Notes under the pieces: model-generated | Database searches by the model: none | What the model was told of the DNA's origin: nothing | Seen by the model: only the letters and a program-made list of their open reading frames with translations | Part shown: positions 17,166 through 27,143 of the stretch, in pieces | Layout: every line of letters starts with the position of its first letter | How positions within the stretch are numbered: position 1 is the stretch's first letter | Translations under genes and position numbers: made by a program | Source: a virus | Lineage: Duplodnaviria; Caudoviricetes | Direction: 5' to 3' (one strand) | Virus record (IMG/VR): IMGVR_UViG_3300033121_001593 | Location: 1-64,000 of that record | Length of the DNA: 64,000 nt

Positions 17166-18150
17166 CGAATACCTCCTGCCAGGTTAGGTTCCACCGGGCC
17201 AGGGCCGCTGGCGTTGCCCGGCCCTCGCTGTGCATCGTCATGAGCGCCGCCCGAATATTCGGGTTGGGATGCCATGGCTGCCCAATCGGCGCGCCGCGCG
17301 GCACAGAAGACGCCACGGGCTTGCTAGGCCCGGCCCCGTTCAGGCTCCAGGCGCTGATGTTGACCGCTATGTATGAGAGCGACAGATGCCGGCCCGACCA
17401 GAAGCGGTCGGCCTTGAAGTGGCGATAACAGGCGACGACCGTCGCGGCGTCGTAGCCGGCCTCCGCCAGGCGCTTGGCGGACTGGCCCTCACGCCCGCCG
17501 TTGACTAGGAGCTTACGCTGGGCAGGCGAGTAGCCAAGGGCCTCGATATAGGCTTCCATAATTTCGCGCTGTGCGGACGCCGTTTCGGCGGGTATCTGCG
17601 TCCGCACGTCGATCCCGGTCAGCGTCTTGACGGCCCCGGCTGCAATGCCGGGGATCATGAGCAGATCGGCGGGCTTTGCCGCGGCCGCCGTTTCGGGGGT
17701 AAAGCCGGCCTCGACTAGCGCCGCAACTTGCTTCTTATTCAGGCCCTTGGGCCAGGCCGGTTCAGGCCCGGAGGCCGCCGGCGTAACGTTGCTAACTAGG
17801 CCGGCAGGCGGTCTGTTATCCGGCTTGACCGCCGGCAAAGTATCTTTACAAAGTGAACTCTCGTAAACGATCATTTCGTGGGCTGGGGAGCCATCGGCCT
17901 GCGGGACGGTGGCCCGTCTGACAAGGCCGGCCTGCTGTAGCTCACGCAGGATGCGCCGGAGCGCGATCATATCGGTCGGTGGGCCGGCGCTGACCAGCGT
18001 CCTAAATGGCATCTTGGAACCGTCTCCGTGGCCTATTAGGAAAGCAAGGAGGCCCATGGCCTCCCATGAGAGGCCCGTTTTGGCGTCTGTGGCGCGACGG
18101 GGGTAGAAAAACCCTCCACCGTCAGGGGTTGTTGCTTGTACGGTCGGCAC
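17128..18150 (-). CDS. putative replication initiator (wHTH, HhH)
   Basis: LSWEAMGLLAFL..LRELQQAGLVRR; DLLMIPGIAAG; AAGGAG RBS. Confidence 0.6.
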   Translation of the reverse strand: MPTVQATTPDGGGFFYPRRATDAKTGLSWEAMGLLAFLIGHGDGSKMPFRTLVSAGPPTDMIALRRILRELQQAGLVRRATVPQADGSPAHEMIVYESSLCKDTLPAVKPDNRPPAGLVSNVTPAASGPEPAWPKGLNKKQVAALVEAGFTPETAAAAKPADLLMIPGIAAGAVKTLTGIDVRTQIPAETASAQREIMEAYIEALGYSPAQRKLLVNGGREGQSAKRLAEAGYDAATVVACYRHFKADRFWSGRHLSLSYIAVNISAWSLNGAGPSKPVASSVPRGAPIGQPWHPNPNIRAALMTMHSEGRATPAALARWNLTWQEVFGEPAPAEPANIR

Positions 18151-18269
18151 GGTCTGCTCCTTGCTATGATCGGCGCTTCATCACGCCCATTCCTATTGTA
18201 ACTCGTTTTTTCTTTTTTGCAATACCCAAAATTAAGGAACTTTGCCGCGGTCATTTTGTAAATTGGGCC

Positions 18270-18297
18270 TTTACATTCTGAACCGTTGGGGTATAAT
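18270..18297 (+). promoter_or_regulatory. sigma70-type promoter of divergent rightward operon
   Basis: TTTACA-16-TATAAT. Confidence 0.65.
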
Positions 18298-18357
18298 ATA
18301 GAGGATCATGCGGCCCGGAGAGGGTCGCCCCTTTTGTGAAAGGAGTAGTAGCATACC

Positions 18358-19770
18358 ATGGCAGGCGTAAAGGCAACAAACCCACAGGCCCTCCAGACGA
18401 TTGACCAGGAATTCGATCTGGTCATTCCCGACAAGGGGATCATGGAGCAGGTCCCAAGTCAGGCGAATATGGCGGTGCTTCGGCAGATGGCCGAGGCCGG
18501 CCTGATCGACGCCAAGAAGCAGGCCGCGGCGGTGATGATCTATTTGACCATCGCGCCGGATAGCCTCAAGTATTTGAAGGTCATCCATTTGATCGAGGCC
18601 GCCGACCGCGTCCTCGACGGCGAAAAGCTCGGAGAGGACTTCTACCTCATCCCCAAGCTGGGCGTCTACACCAGCAAGCGCGGGATGCAGCGCAAGCTGG
18701 GCCTGGCCGGCCTGCCGGCACCCCGCGTCGTGGCCCGGCTGATGACCGAGGCCGAGCGCGCCCTGCACGATCTTGACGACCCGGAGGAGCACGGCAGTAT
18801 TGTCACAATGACCTGGGACGATCTGCACGTCTCGGTCGAAGGCGCGGGCGTGGTCAATCTGGCTAAGATGTACGGTAACTCGATGCTGATCTGGCCGAAG
18901 GACGGATCGCAGGATCGCCGCCCGACGCCGGCCCCGCGCAACCAATGGCGGCTTGTTGCGCCGCCCGAAGGGAAGTCGTGGGCTTGGGTGGCGCAGAAGC
19001 GGGCGGAGCGCGACGCCCTCAATAAGATGTCTGGCTTCAAGTTCGTGAAGCCGGCCGAGCGCGTTCAGGCGGGCCGGGAACTGGGCCTGCCGATGATCGG
19101 CGATCAGGTCGACGGCTTCATCAATACGGCGCAGGCGAAGGCCGCCATCGATGCCGCCGTAGCACAAGCCGCCCTGGCTTACCGCGACCAGCAGATCATT
19201 ACGGTCCTGGGCCAGGAAGCCTACGAGACGCTGATCACCGCAAGCGCCAAGGCCGGCCAGGTGGCGATGCGCGGCAATCCTGCCGATGACCCGTTCGACG
19301 CCATCGAGGCCGGCACGGATCGCAAGGCCCTCGCCGCGCCGGCCCCGGCTGACGACGGCGACGACTTTGACGAAGTAGCCGCCGCCGCCGTGGTCATGGC
19401 CGCCGACTTTGATATCCTGACGCAGCTTCAGGACTCGGAGATTGAGCTTGTCAAGGTCCATCCCGAATGGGCAGGCACGGCGACCGACGCGCAGGTAACG
19501 CTCTGGAATGAGCGATGCGCCGAGGCAATCGCCGACGTGAGCGAGGCCAAGGGATCGGCGGGCGTCCTGCTCGTCACAGCCCGCCTGTGCCGGGCGCTGC
19601 CGTCAACGGCCGCTGACGCCGACTTCCGCCCGCTGCAGGCGCAAGTGCGGGCCTGGATGCGGGCCTGGCTGGTGCCCGCCAAGCCGTTCATGCTGACGCC
19701 GGAAGGCAAGCAGGCCATTCTGATGGTCCATGCCGAGGCCCTCAAGGCATGGCATGAGGCCGGAGCGTAG
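18358..19770 (+). CDS. hypothetical protein, possibly RecT/Redbeta-like annealase N-terminus
   Basis: GAAAGGAG RBS; DFYLIPKLGVYTSKRGMQRK loosely resembles annealase motif; acidic C-terminus. Confidence 0.6.
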   Translation: MAGVKATNPQALQTIDQEFDLVIPDKGIMEQVPSQANMAVLRQMAEAGLIDAKKQAAAVMIYLTIAPDSLKYLKVIHLIEAADRVLDGEKLGEDFYLIPKLGVYTSKRGMQRKLGLAGLPAPRVVARLMTEAERALHDLDDPEEHGSIVTMTWDDLHVSVEGAGVVNLAKMYGNSMLIWPKDGSQDRRPTPAPRNQWRLVAPPEGKSWAWVAQKRAERDALNKMSGFKFVKPAERVQAGRELGLPMIGDQVDGFINTAQAKAAIDAAVAQAALAYRDQQIITVLGQEAYETLITASAKAGQVAMRGNPADDPFDAIEAGTDRKALAAPAPADDGDDFDEVAAAAVVMAADFDILTQLQDSEIELVKVHPEWAGTATDAQVTLWNERCAEAIADVSEAKGSAGVLLVTARLCRALPSTAADADFRPLQAQVRAWMRAWLVPAKPFMLTPEGKQAILMVHAEALKAWHEAGA

Positions 19771-19827
19771 TACCGCCCGCGGCCTACGGGGAGCCTTCTC
19801 CGTAGGCCGCGGCGAAAGGATCGCCCT

Positions 19828-20334
19828 ATGCCCGAACAAACCGCGCCGGTCGTTACCCTCACGCCGGAACAGCGCAAGGCCCTGGGCCGCCTGTGGTTTC
19901 GCTATGGCAACCATGGCCCCAAGCATACGGACGCCGGCCATAAGTTTATCCAGGCGCTGCTGGAAGGCGGTACAGACGAACGGGCATTCTTTAACCCGCC
20001 CGCCGAAATGGTGACCGAAGTTGACAAAGTCCTGGGCCTGCCTAAGCCCATCGTATGCCCGATGTGTTGGGCCAAGATAGCGCCGCTCAATACGGGCAAT
20101 CTTCGCAAGCACGGTAAGCCGTGCCCGGCGAGCAACCTATCGCCGGCAGATGCCGAGGCGATGGCGGCCCGGCGCGAGGCGGCCGGCGATGCCTGGTATG
20201 CCGCCGAGCAGGAAGTCGGACGGCTTTTCGACCTACACGGCGACGGCCTGAAGGATACGCCGGAAGGCCAGGCCGCGGTCGAGCTTGAACAGAGCCTTTG
20301 GCGGGTGTTCGTAGCCGCCAAGGAAGGAAAGTGA
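19828..20334 (+). CDS. hypothetical protein with CPMC..LRKH..C zinc finger
   Basis: GAAAGGA RBS. Confidence 0.7.
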   Translation: MPEQTAPVVTLTPEQRKALGRLWFRYGNHGPKHTDAGHKFIQALLEGGTDERAFFNPPAEMVTEVDKVLGLPKPIVCPMCWAKIAPLNTGNLRKHGKPCPASNLSPADAEAMAARREAAGDAWYAAEQEVGRLFDLHGDGLKDTPEGQAAVELEQSLWRVFVAAKEGK

Positions 20335-20337
20335 GAT

Positions 20338-21390
20338 ATGGAGTACTCCGGTATTAGCTGGTGCGACCATACGGCCAACCAGTGGCGCGGCTGTACCAAG
20401 GTCTCGCCGGGCTGTAAATTCTGTTACGCCGAAACGCTGCGGGACGGGCGTTTCGGGAAGGGCGAGTGGGGTCCGACCGGGGTCCGCTCGCCGGCCGCCG
20501 AGTCGTATATCGCCAAGCTGGAGCGCCTGAACGCCGTCCCCTGGCTCAAGTGCGACGCCTGCGGCTGGCGCGGCAAGGAGGCCGCTGCGGTGGGCGGGGC
20601 GTGCCCGGCCTGTGGATCGGGGGGCCTTGCCGTCACCTATCAGCGCGTCTTTTCCATGAGCCTGGGCGACTTCTTCGAGACGCACCAGGGATCGCTCGAA
20701 ATGCCGCGCTGGCGACGTGAGGCCCTGGAGCAGATGGCCCGGCTGCGCAATCTGCGCCACCTTGTCCTGACCAAGCGCATAGACGACGTGATGTGGCTGA
20801 TCGATCAGGCGTTCGGCCCTCATTCGGCGGCCGACTGGCTGCTGGCTAACCCTCACGTCATGATCGGCACGTCGGTCGAAAACCGTGACTATACCTGGCG
20901 GATCGAGGAACTGGCGCGTATCCCCACGTCTATGCGCTGGGTATCGTTCGAGCCGCTGCTTGGCTCAATCGACCTGTCCACCATCCCAGGCATCGACAAG
21001 ATCGCCTGGGGGATCGTCGGCGGCGAGTCAGGGCCGAGCGCCCGCCCGATGCCCCCCGCTGCTGCGGCGCGTATCGTGGCCCACCAGGCGGCCCTGGGGA
21101 TTACGGCGCACTTCAAGCAGTGGGGCGAATGGGTCCCCGTGAGCGAGATCGGCGAGCAGGTCGGCGAGTATCTCTATCGCGTCCTGCCCGAATATCGCCG
21201 GGCGGCGGCCGGCGCGCGCTGGGGCGTGTTCGGCCCGGACGGCGAATTCGGCGAGGCCGAGGCGGGTCTTGACGCCGAGGCCATGGTCGAGGAAGATGAA
21301 GGCCCGGTCATGATACGGATCGGCAAGAAGGCCGATCCCTGCACTATCGGCGGGAAGATACGCCGCGCCTTCCCTGCCGAACTCGTATAA
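20338..21390 (+). CDS. DUF5131 / phage Gp37-Gp68 family protein
   Basis: ISWCDHT.N.WRGCTKVSPGCKFCYAE..LTKR..SFEPLL..WGIVGGESG..FKQWG. Confidence 0.92.
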   Translation: MEYSGISWCDHTANQWRGCTKVSPGCKFCYAETLRDGRFGKGEWGPTGVRSPAAESYIAKLERLNAVPWLKCDACGWRGKEAAAVGGACPACGSGGLAVTYQRVFSMSLGDFFETHQGSLEMPRWRREALEQMARLRNLRHLVLTKRIDDVMWLIDQAFGPHSAADWLLANPHVMIGTSVENRDYTWRIEELARIPTSMRWVSFEPLLGSIDLSTIPGIDKIAWGIVGGESGPSARPMPPAAAARIVAHQAALGITAHFKQWGEWVPVSEIGEQVGEYLYRVLPEYRRAAAGARWGVFGPDGEFGEAEAGLDAEAMVEEDEGPVMIRIGKKADPCTIGGKIRRAFPAELV

Positions 21391-21399
21391 AATAGACCG

Positions 21400-21427
21400 T
21401 TGACAATCTAAACGACCGTGCTATAAT
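21400..21427 (+). promoter_or_regulatory. sigma70-type phage promoter
   Basis: TTGACA-16-TATAAT. Confidence 0.85.
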
Positions 21428-21457
21428 CTAAGTAACGTCAAGCGAAAGGAGTAGCAC

Positions 21458-21922
21458 ATGGTCAACGTCGTCCTCGCGGTCATCGCCGCCATCCTCTTTG
21501 TCACCCCCCCGCAGCCGGTCCAGCCGACCGGCTATATTCGACCAAGGGCTTTTTTTCCCATGATCGCCGGTCAGGATACCGGGCTGCGCACCGAAACGAT
21601 ACCGGTCGCGCAGCCCGGTATCTGGCTGCACGTCAAGCTCACCGGGCCGGAGGCGTCCGTCAAGGCTCACGCCCTGGTCTTCAATCCGACCTATCCGGGC
21701 GGGACGTGGACGCGCCTGGTGCCGATCGGCGAAGGATGGGTCCATATTCGTTATCGGGTTGAATGGAACGCCGTGCCGGCCTGGGCGACGCCCGAAGCCT
21801 GGCAGCCCGTGATGGCGGGCACGCCCCCCGGCGACAGCCCGCTATGGTGGCACGAGCAGCGGGTATTCGAGCTTAGGGGCACCGGCTATCTGGTCGATGC
21901 TCTATTCGTAGACGCACAGTAA
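21458..21922 (+). CDS. secreted or membrane-anchored hypothetical protein
   Basis: N-terminal hydrophobic segment; GAAAGGAG RBS. Confidence 0.7.
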   Translation: MVNVVLAVIAAILFVTPPQPVQPTGYIRPRAFFPMIAGQDTGLRTETIPVAQPGIWLHVKLTGPEASVKAHALVFNPTYPGGTWTRLVPIGEGWVHIRYRVEWNAVPAWATPEAWQPVMAGTPPGDSPLWWHEQRVFELRGTGYLVDALFVDAQ

Positions 21923-21934
21923 GGAGAGACCGAA

Positions 21935-22519
21935 ATGAGAGACAACACCCTTCGAGTAGCGGCACAGCTAGCCGCCCTGTTGGTAGGTATCTGCCTGGCC
22001 CTCACCGCCTGCAATCCGGCCGCCGGCACCACCGCGGACAGCGACAGCGGGTATCTCTACAAGAACAAAGACAGCGCCAAGATACCCCTCGATGACGCCA
22101 TCTACACGCTGACGGGCGTCGTCGTAGGCGACGTGCGCAGCGTCACCCGCCAAGGCCCGACGACCGCCAAGGTAACGATCACGGAAGGGGTGACGACCGG
22201 GACGTTCTTCACGCCTGAGATGACGGGTAAGGGCATGGTGCGCCTGTGGATCGAGAAGTCGGATTACTGGAACGCGCCGGCCGAGTCAATCGTTATTCTC
22301 AAGACCACCGATACCAAGGCCGCGGCCCTGCTCAACGGGGATCGGGTGACGTTCAAGTGCCGGGCGCAGGCCGAGGCCATCGCCCCATCATACACCGATC
22401 AGCCTTATGACGTGACCGAGCTTCCGATCACATGGGAGCTTGATTTCTGCCGTATGAGCACGGCGCGCGTCGAGGCCGGCCCGCTGCCGGCCAAAAGCTG
22501 GACCGGGGGTCAACCATGA
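21935..22519 (+). CDS. putative lipoprotein
   Basis: Signal peptide with lipobox LTAC. Confidence 0.75.
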   Translation: MRDNTLRVAAQLAALLVGICLALTACNPAAGTTADSDSGYLYKNKDSAKIPLDDAIYTLTGVVVGDVRSVTRQGPTTAKVTITEGVTTGTFFTPEMTGKGMVRLWIEKSDYWNAPAESIVILKTTDTKAAALLNGDRVTFKCRAQAEAIAPSYTDQPYDVTELPITWELDFCRMSTARVEAGPLPAKSWTGGQP

Positions 22520-22977
22520 GCGTAGAAGGCTGGCAGCCCCTGCCGGCGGGTAGCAGCCTGCCGCCCGCCGTTTGGGGCAAGGATCACTTTTCGACTTTGG
22601 CCTATCTGGAAACGTGCGCCGTCGATCATAGCGGAGCCGTGTCTAACGCGCGCCTGCGCTGTGACGACCGCCTGCACCCGGCGGTGGCGGACCGCCTGCC
22701 GGTCGACGCGCGCGAGTATCCGACGATCCTGCGCGGTGGCAAGCTGCAGGCCGGCCATGACGACTGGTCGTGTATCGAGGACTTTGTGGCTGCCGGCCTG
22801 CTCATGGCCTACTATCTCGACCGGAACGCCGCACAAGAGATGTACTCCGGCGCGCGGATCACGCGCCAGGTCCGCGTCTCTTTTACGCACGCTGGCATTC
22901 GCCTGGCTCATTCCCTGCGGGCCTGGAAGATGCTTGGCGGAACCTACGCCACGTTCGAGATGGAGGCCGCCGAATGA
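22516..22977 (+). CDS. conserved phage hypothetical protein
   Basis: WGKDHFSTLAYLE..HDDWSCIEDF; ATGA overlap. Confidence 0.7.
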   Translation: MSVEGWQPLPAGSSLPPAVWGKDHFSTLAYLETCAVDHSGAVSNARLRCDDRLHPAVADRLPVDAREYPTILRGGKLQAGHDDWSCIEDFVAAGLLMAYYLDRNAAQEMYSGARITRQVRVSFTHAGIRLAHSLRAWKMLGGTYATFEMEAAE

Positions 22978-23711
22978 GCCGCCCAAGCGAAGAGGACCTG
23001 ATTCGGGTCATCAACTATCTATGGGCCTCTGACGATATCGAGGCCGCAACGAAGGCCGGCCGCTTCCGCCTGATCGGCGGTAAGGCCAAGTCGGTCAACG
23101 TTGGCGAGTGCCTGATCGCGCCGCACTCGCGGGGCAGGCTCGCTGAGGCTATCCGGCTGACGAAGGCCGGCAAGCAGATGCCCCCGATCAACTGCGAGCG
23201 CGTCATCGTTGGCCCGCACGTCTTCTACAATGTGTCAGACGGCAATCATCGGGTCGCGGCCTGCCGGGAACTAGATAAGCTCACCGTGCCGGCGCTTGTG
23301 GCCAGCCAGATCGTGGTCGATGCGTCGCCCTTGTCCATTTTAGACTTCTCGGCCCCCGGCCTGTGGCGTATGGTCGTCGCGCCCAACCAGCCCTCTTACT
23401 TTCGCCTGGTCGTCTGGCTGAGTGACCTATCGGAGTCGGAAGGGGAGGCCCTCAAGTGGCTGTTAGCCGAGGCCGCCAAGCCGGCGCGCCTATGGCCGAT
23501 CATGGACGCCTGGCATAGCTGGCCGGTTGGCACCGGCTTCGAGATCGACGGCCTGCCGGAGTATACCCTTCGCAAGATCAGCGCCAGCGAGGCCGACCGC
23601 TTCAGCCGCCTTGGCGTCTGGCTGGGCCGCGTCACGGTCACCAGCGAAACCGGCCAGCACCAAGAGCTTTGGGCGCGCCGGACGTGGAACGACGTGATAG
23701 ACGCGGATTAA
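22974..23711 (+). CDS. ParB/Srx-like nuclease domain protein
   Basis: MPPI..VSDGNHRVAACREL; start MSRPSEED. Confidence 0.7.
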   Translation: MSRPSEEDLIRVINYLWASDDIEAATKAGRFRLIGGKAKSVNVGECLIAPHSRGRLAEAIRLTKAGKQMPPINCERVIVGPHVFYNVSDGNHRVAACRELDKLTVPALVASQIVVDASPLSILDFSAPGLWRMVVAPNQPSYFRLVVWLSDLSESEGEALKWLLAEAAKPARLWPIMDAWHSWPVGTGFEIDGLPEYTLRKISASEADRFSRLGVWLGRVTVTSETGQHQELWARRTWNDVIDAD

Positions 23712-23749
23712 GGCCGCCTACGAGTTTTGTCAATTTGTCAAACTGCTTC

Positions 23750-23777
23750 TTGACAATCTGAACGGATAGTGTATAAT
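23750..23777 (+). promoter_or_regulatory. sigma70-type phage promoter
   Basis: TTGACA-16-TATAAT. Confidence 0.85.
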
Positions 23778-23840
23778 GTGTTTAGATTAGATATTCGAGC
23801 GCCTGAGCAGGCGATATTCAGACAAAGGAGCAGCAGGATC

Positions 23841-24842
23841 ATGGCACCCAATCTTTACGCAAACGGTCAGTTAGACGGAGCCTATTTCGGGCGACAAAGC
23901 GCCTGGCACACGATGGGCAAGGTGGGCGATCTGGAGCCGGAGCAGGCATACGCCGAACTTGGTATCGGTGACGAGCGCGCCGAGAAGCTCTATCGCAAGG
24001 ACGGCACCGAGACGCAATGGTCGATCATCACCCGCACCGCCGCCGACGGTACGCCGATCACGGTCAGCGACCCGGTCGCTCAAACTTGGTTCTGGGTTTC
24101 GCACGCCGAAGCCGCCGCCATCGCCGGCCGGGCGACAGGCGGGCACTTGGTCGAGACGATGGGCGTCCTCGGTCAGAAGCGCGGGGACATCATGTTCTGC
24201 ACGTTTCCCCTACGGACGGTCAAGATCACCGGGGACGAGCATAAGCAGTATGTCTTTTTCATGAACTCGCTGCGCTATCAGACGGCCTCCGTGCTGGGCG
24301 TCACCGACGTTCGGATGGTCTGCCAGAATACGGTAGACCTGGGCCTGGCCCGCGCGGCCTCGATCTTCAAGGCCGGCCATCGGGAAGGCGTGGTCGCAGA
24401 GACGCTAGAATGGTTCCAGGGCGTTTGGGGCACGGCGATTGAGCGCGGCGACGAGATCGTTGTCGCCGCCGAGCACCTGGCGACGATCAGGGTCGATGAC
24501 AAGGCCCTGGCCGAGGCCCTGATGACCGTCATCCCCTACCGCGCTGAGCCACGGCCCACGGGATCGCCGAAGCGCGACCGGGACAATCAGCGGTCATGGG
24601 AAAACTGGAACGCTCGCACCGCTCAGGCTCACGCCCTGGTGGTCGATCTGTTCAACGGCAAGGGCGCTGGCATCGATCAGCCCGGCCTCGCCGGCACGGC
24701 CTGGGGCGCGTGGAACGCCATAGGCGAGTGGTGCGATCACTTTGCGCCGGCAGCCTCACCCGCCGCCCGCGCCGAGCACGCCCTGGTGGGCGATACCGTG
24801 CGGATCAAGGCGCGGGCCGCCCGTGTCCTGGCCAGCCTGTAG
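23841..24842 (+). CDS. DUF932 family protein
   Basis: AWHTMG..VETMGVL..TDVRMVCQNT..GTAWGAWNAIGEWCDH. Confidence 0.85.
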   Translation: MAPNLYANGQLDGAYFGRQSAWHTMGKVGDLEPEQAYAELGIGDERAEKLYRKDGTETQWSIITRTAADGTPITVSDPVAQTWFWVSHAEAAAIAGRATGGHLVETMGVLGQKRGDIMFCTFPLRTVKITGDEHKQYVFFMNSLRYQTASVLGVTDVRMVCQNTVDLGLARAASIFKAGHREGVVAETLEWFQGVWGTAIERGDEIVVAAEHLATIRVDDKALAEALMTVIPYRAEPRPTGSPKRDRDNQRSWENWNARTAQAHALVVDLFNGKGAGIDQPGLAGTAWGAWNAIGEWCDHFAPAASPAARAEHALVGDTVRIKARAARVLASL

Positions 24843-24852
24843 CGAACGAAAA

Positions 24853-24892
24853 AAGGGGGGGGAACAAATGCGCGCATTTGTTCCCCCCCCTT
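24853..24892. repeat. perfect 40-bp palindrome
   Basis: AAG8AACAAATGCG|CGCATTTGTTC8TT. Confidence 0.9.
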
Positions 24893-24903
24893 GGAGTAAG
24901 ATC

Positions 24904-25293
24904 ATGAAGGCAGCTAACGAAGTTCGGCAGCGGGTTGTGATAGTAGGATCGGCGCTTGAGACGTGGATCGGCCACGCGGTCGGGATCGCTGAGTTTGTAG
25001 ATAGTCTACTGGCCGGCCGCCTGATCGAGCAGCGTTCGCTCGGAATGCTGGACATGACGCCGCTGAAGCCCGGCGAGGATGCCGCCGCCATTCTGGCCAG
25101 CCCTCACTTTTCGGGGCGGTACGCATGGCGCTGCACGGCATGGCTGTTCGCAGACGGAGTGATGGTCATCGCCGGCCTGCGTGACGTTATCGCCGCCGAT
25201 GGGCAGCCGCAGCGTCAGGCGCAGTTCACCGTAGTGGACCGCGAGGCGAGCCTACTCCTGCCGGTCAAACCGCGGCCGAAGGCCCGGTCCTAA
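24904..25293 (+). CDS. hypothetical protein
   Basis: GGAG RBS, ATG 24904. Confidence 0.6.
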   Translation: MKAANEVRQRVVIVGSALETWIGHAVGIAEFVDSLLAGRLIEQRSLGMLDMTPLKPGEDAAAILASPHFSGRYAWRCTAWLFADGVMVIAGLRDVIAADGQPQRQAQFTVVDREASLLLPVKPRPKARS

Positions 25294-25365
25294 AACGATC
25301 ACACCCCCGGCCAATGAAACGCCGGGGGTGTGACCTGAGCAGGTAGCAGGTAGCAGCGGGAACCA
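25291..25365 (-). ncRNA. candidate sRNA with CUGCUAC repeats
   Basis: TTGACA-17-TATCCT (25399-25371) pointing left; terminator hairpin TCACACCCCCGGC/GCCGGGGGTGTGA. Confidence 0.4.
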
Positions 25366-25409
25366 GCATAAGGATACCACCAGATATTCCCGCTGTCAAG
25401 AGGTGAATT

Positions 25410-25943
25410 TTGACGACAATTCTAGCCACCGTTCTGATCGCTGCCGCGGCCGCCTGTCACCCTCCGGCCGGCGCGGCGGTCAAGCGGCAAACGATCCCGC
25501 TCACCGCCTACTATCTGCCATCCGAGGCGGACGGCTGGACGGGCGTCGAGATGCCGGCCCTGGCCGGACGTACTACGCCGCGCGGCTTCTGGAAGGCTGT
25601 GCAAATGAATGGCACGGGCCGCACGGCCCGCGGCGAGTGGGTTGTGATAGATGGGCCGGGCTTTCGTGAGATCGAGGCACCTAGAGGCCGCTACGGGCCG
25701 CTACGGGCCTTTGAGACCGCAGCCGCCCACCCGTCTTTGTTCCCGGAAGGAACGACGGTCTGCCTGCCGGAATTCGGCGGGCGAGTGATGACCGTCACCG
25801 ATACGGGCGGTGGCCTGGGCCGGGCCGGGCCGCTTGATATCTTTGTAGGCGACCGTGCCTCATTCGAGGCGTGGATACAATCGGGGCCGAAGCAGGCCCT
25901 TGTCATTTCGTGGCGGTCGGCCGAGTCCGACCGTCTAAACTAA
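25410..25943 (+). CDS. 3D-domain (MltA-like) cell-wall-active protein with signal peptide
   Basis: LTAYY..TAAAHPSLFPEGT..VTDTGGG..LDIFVG. Confidence 0.75.
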   Translation: MTTILATVLIAAAAACHPPAGAAVKRQTIPLTAYYLPSEADGWTGVEMPALAGRTTPRGFWKAVQMNGTGRTARGEWVVIDGPGFREIEAPRGRYGPLRAFETAAAHPSLFPEGTTVCLPEFGGRVMTVTDTGGGLGRAGPLDIFVGDRASFEAWIQSGPKQALVISWRSAESDRLN

Positions 25944-25953
25944 AGGAGCAAAC

Positions 25954-26259
25954 ATGACTCAAACCGTAACACAGGAGCAACTTGAGGCGCTGCGCGAGGC
26001 TTTTCTGCGCACCGAGTCGGTTCATGCCGCGGCCGCCGAGGCGGGCATCCCGCGCACGGGCGCATACTACCACTTGAGCGCGATGGGCTTTACCTTCAGC
26101 CGGACCCCGCCGTTGAAGGAGTTGGCCGAACTGCACGGCCAGCGGTGGAGCTATAGCCGCCTGGCGGAGCACTTCGCTGTTAGCCGCGGTACCATCCATA
26201 ACTGGATGGTGAAGGCGGGCCTGACCACCAGCGGGCGGCGCAGCCGCGCCGAAGCATGA
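25954..26259 (+). CDS. HTH DNA-binding protein
   Basis: SYSRLAEHFAVSRGTIHNW. Confidence 0.75.
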   Translation: MTQTVTQEQLEALREAFLRTESVHAAAAEAGIPRTGAYYHLSAMGFTFSRTPPLKELAELHGQRWSYSRLAEHFAVSRGTIHNWMVKAGLTTSGRRSRAEA

Positions 26260-26435
26260 CCCCGCCGGTCTATCTCGTCAGCCTTGCGCTGACGATCTTT
26301 CTGGCCGCGGACGGCCTGATCCGGCTTTACGACCTGGCAGAGGCCAAGTCGGATCGGGCTGCCCGGCTGCGGCCCGCCGCCGAGGCCCTGATCGGCGCGG
26401 TGCTAATGAGTATCCTACTGAGAGGAGTTTCATGA
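26256..26435 (+). CDS. small membrane protein (59 aa, below cutoff)
   Basis: MTPPVYLVSLALTIFLAADGL..ALIGAVLMSILLRGVS; ATGA overlaps both sides. Confidence 0.55.
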   Translation: MTPPVYLVSLALTIFLAADGLIRLYDLAEAKSDRAARLRPAAEALIGAVLMSILLRGVS

Positions 26436-26872
26436 GCGATACCCGCCCCGTCACCGAGCCGGTTCAAGGCCGGCAGATCACCATCGAATTCGAGGGCCTG
26501 GAGCCGATCAAGGCCGGCCCGGTAGACATTACCCTGAGCGTTGCGGAACGCTTCTGGCGCTTTCATGGCCTCAACCCCCACGTCTTGAGCGCCCTGCACT
26601 CCCTGGCCATGCAGCAGGTGCGGGCCGGCCGGCGCGTCCTGTCGATTGACGATCTAACCTGTGTCCTGCGTTACGCGTCGTCAATCGTCACCGAAGGCGA
26701 GGTCTTCAAGATGCCTAACGACTTCCGGCCCTTCTACGCCCGCCTGCTGGCTGACGTGTACCCCGCCCTGCGGGGCCTGATCGAGGAGCGCCGCATGTTT
26801 CGGAACGAATACGCCCCGCCGGCCGAGCTTGGGATAGACTCAAGCTGGCGCAATCCCAAGGTGCTAGTATGA
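26432..26872 (+). CDS. conserved phage hypothetical protein
   Basis: FWRFHGLNPHV..FKMPNDFRPFYARLL. Confidence 0.75.
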   Translation: MSDTRPVTEPVQGRQITIEFEGLEPIKAGPVDITLSVAERFWRFHGLNPHVLSALHSLAMQQVRAGRRVLSIDDLTCVLRYASSIVTEGEVFKMPNDFRPFYARLLADVYPALRGLIEERRMFRNEYAPPAELGIDSSWRNPKVLV

Positions 26873-27054
26873 GCACCAAGGTATCGGTCGTCAAGGAATT
26901 GGCCGCCGTGCGTGAGGCGCTGCAAACCATCGCCGCCTGGGCCGATGGCGAGGACGGCGAAGCGTCACCGTCCGACGCCAAGGTCATCACCGCCATGGTC
27001 TCCGGCCTGCAGCGCATCGCCGGCCAGGCCAAGGAGCTAGACGCCTGGCGCTAG
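26869..27054 (+). CDS. hypothetical protein
   Basis: ATGA overlap. Confidence 0.55.
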   Translation: MSTKVSVVKELAAVREALQTIAAWADGEDGEASPSDAKVITAMVSGLQRIAGQAKELDAWR

Positions 27055-27115
27055 CCCCCGTCAATCCGCCATTTAGGAGGCCCGTTTTTGTGCGGGCCTT
27101 TTTTGAAACTGGCTA

Positions 27116-27143
27116 TTGACAATCTGAATGACCGTGCTAGAAT
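27116..27143 (+). promoter_or_regulatory. sigma70-type phage promoter
   Basis: TTGACA-16-TAGAAT. Confidence 0.85.
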
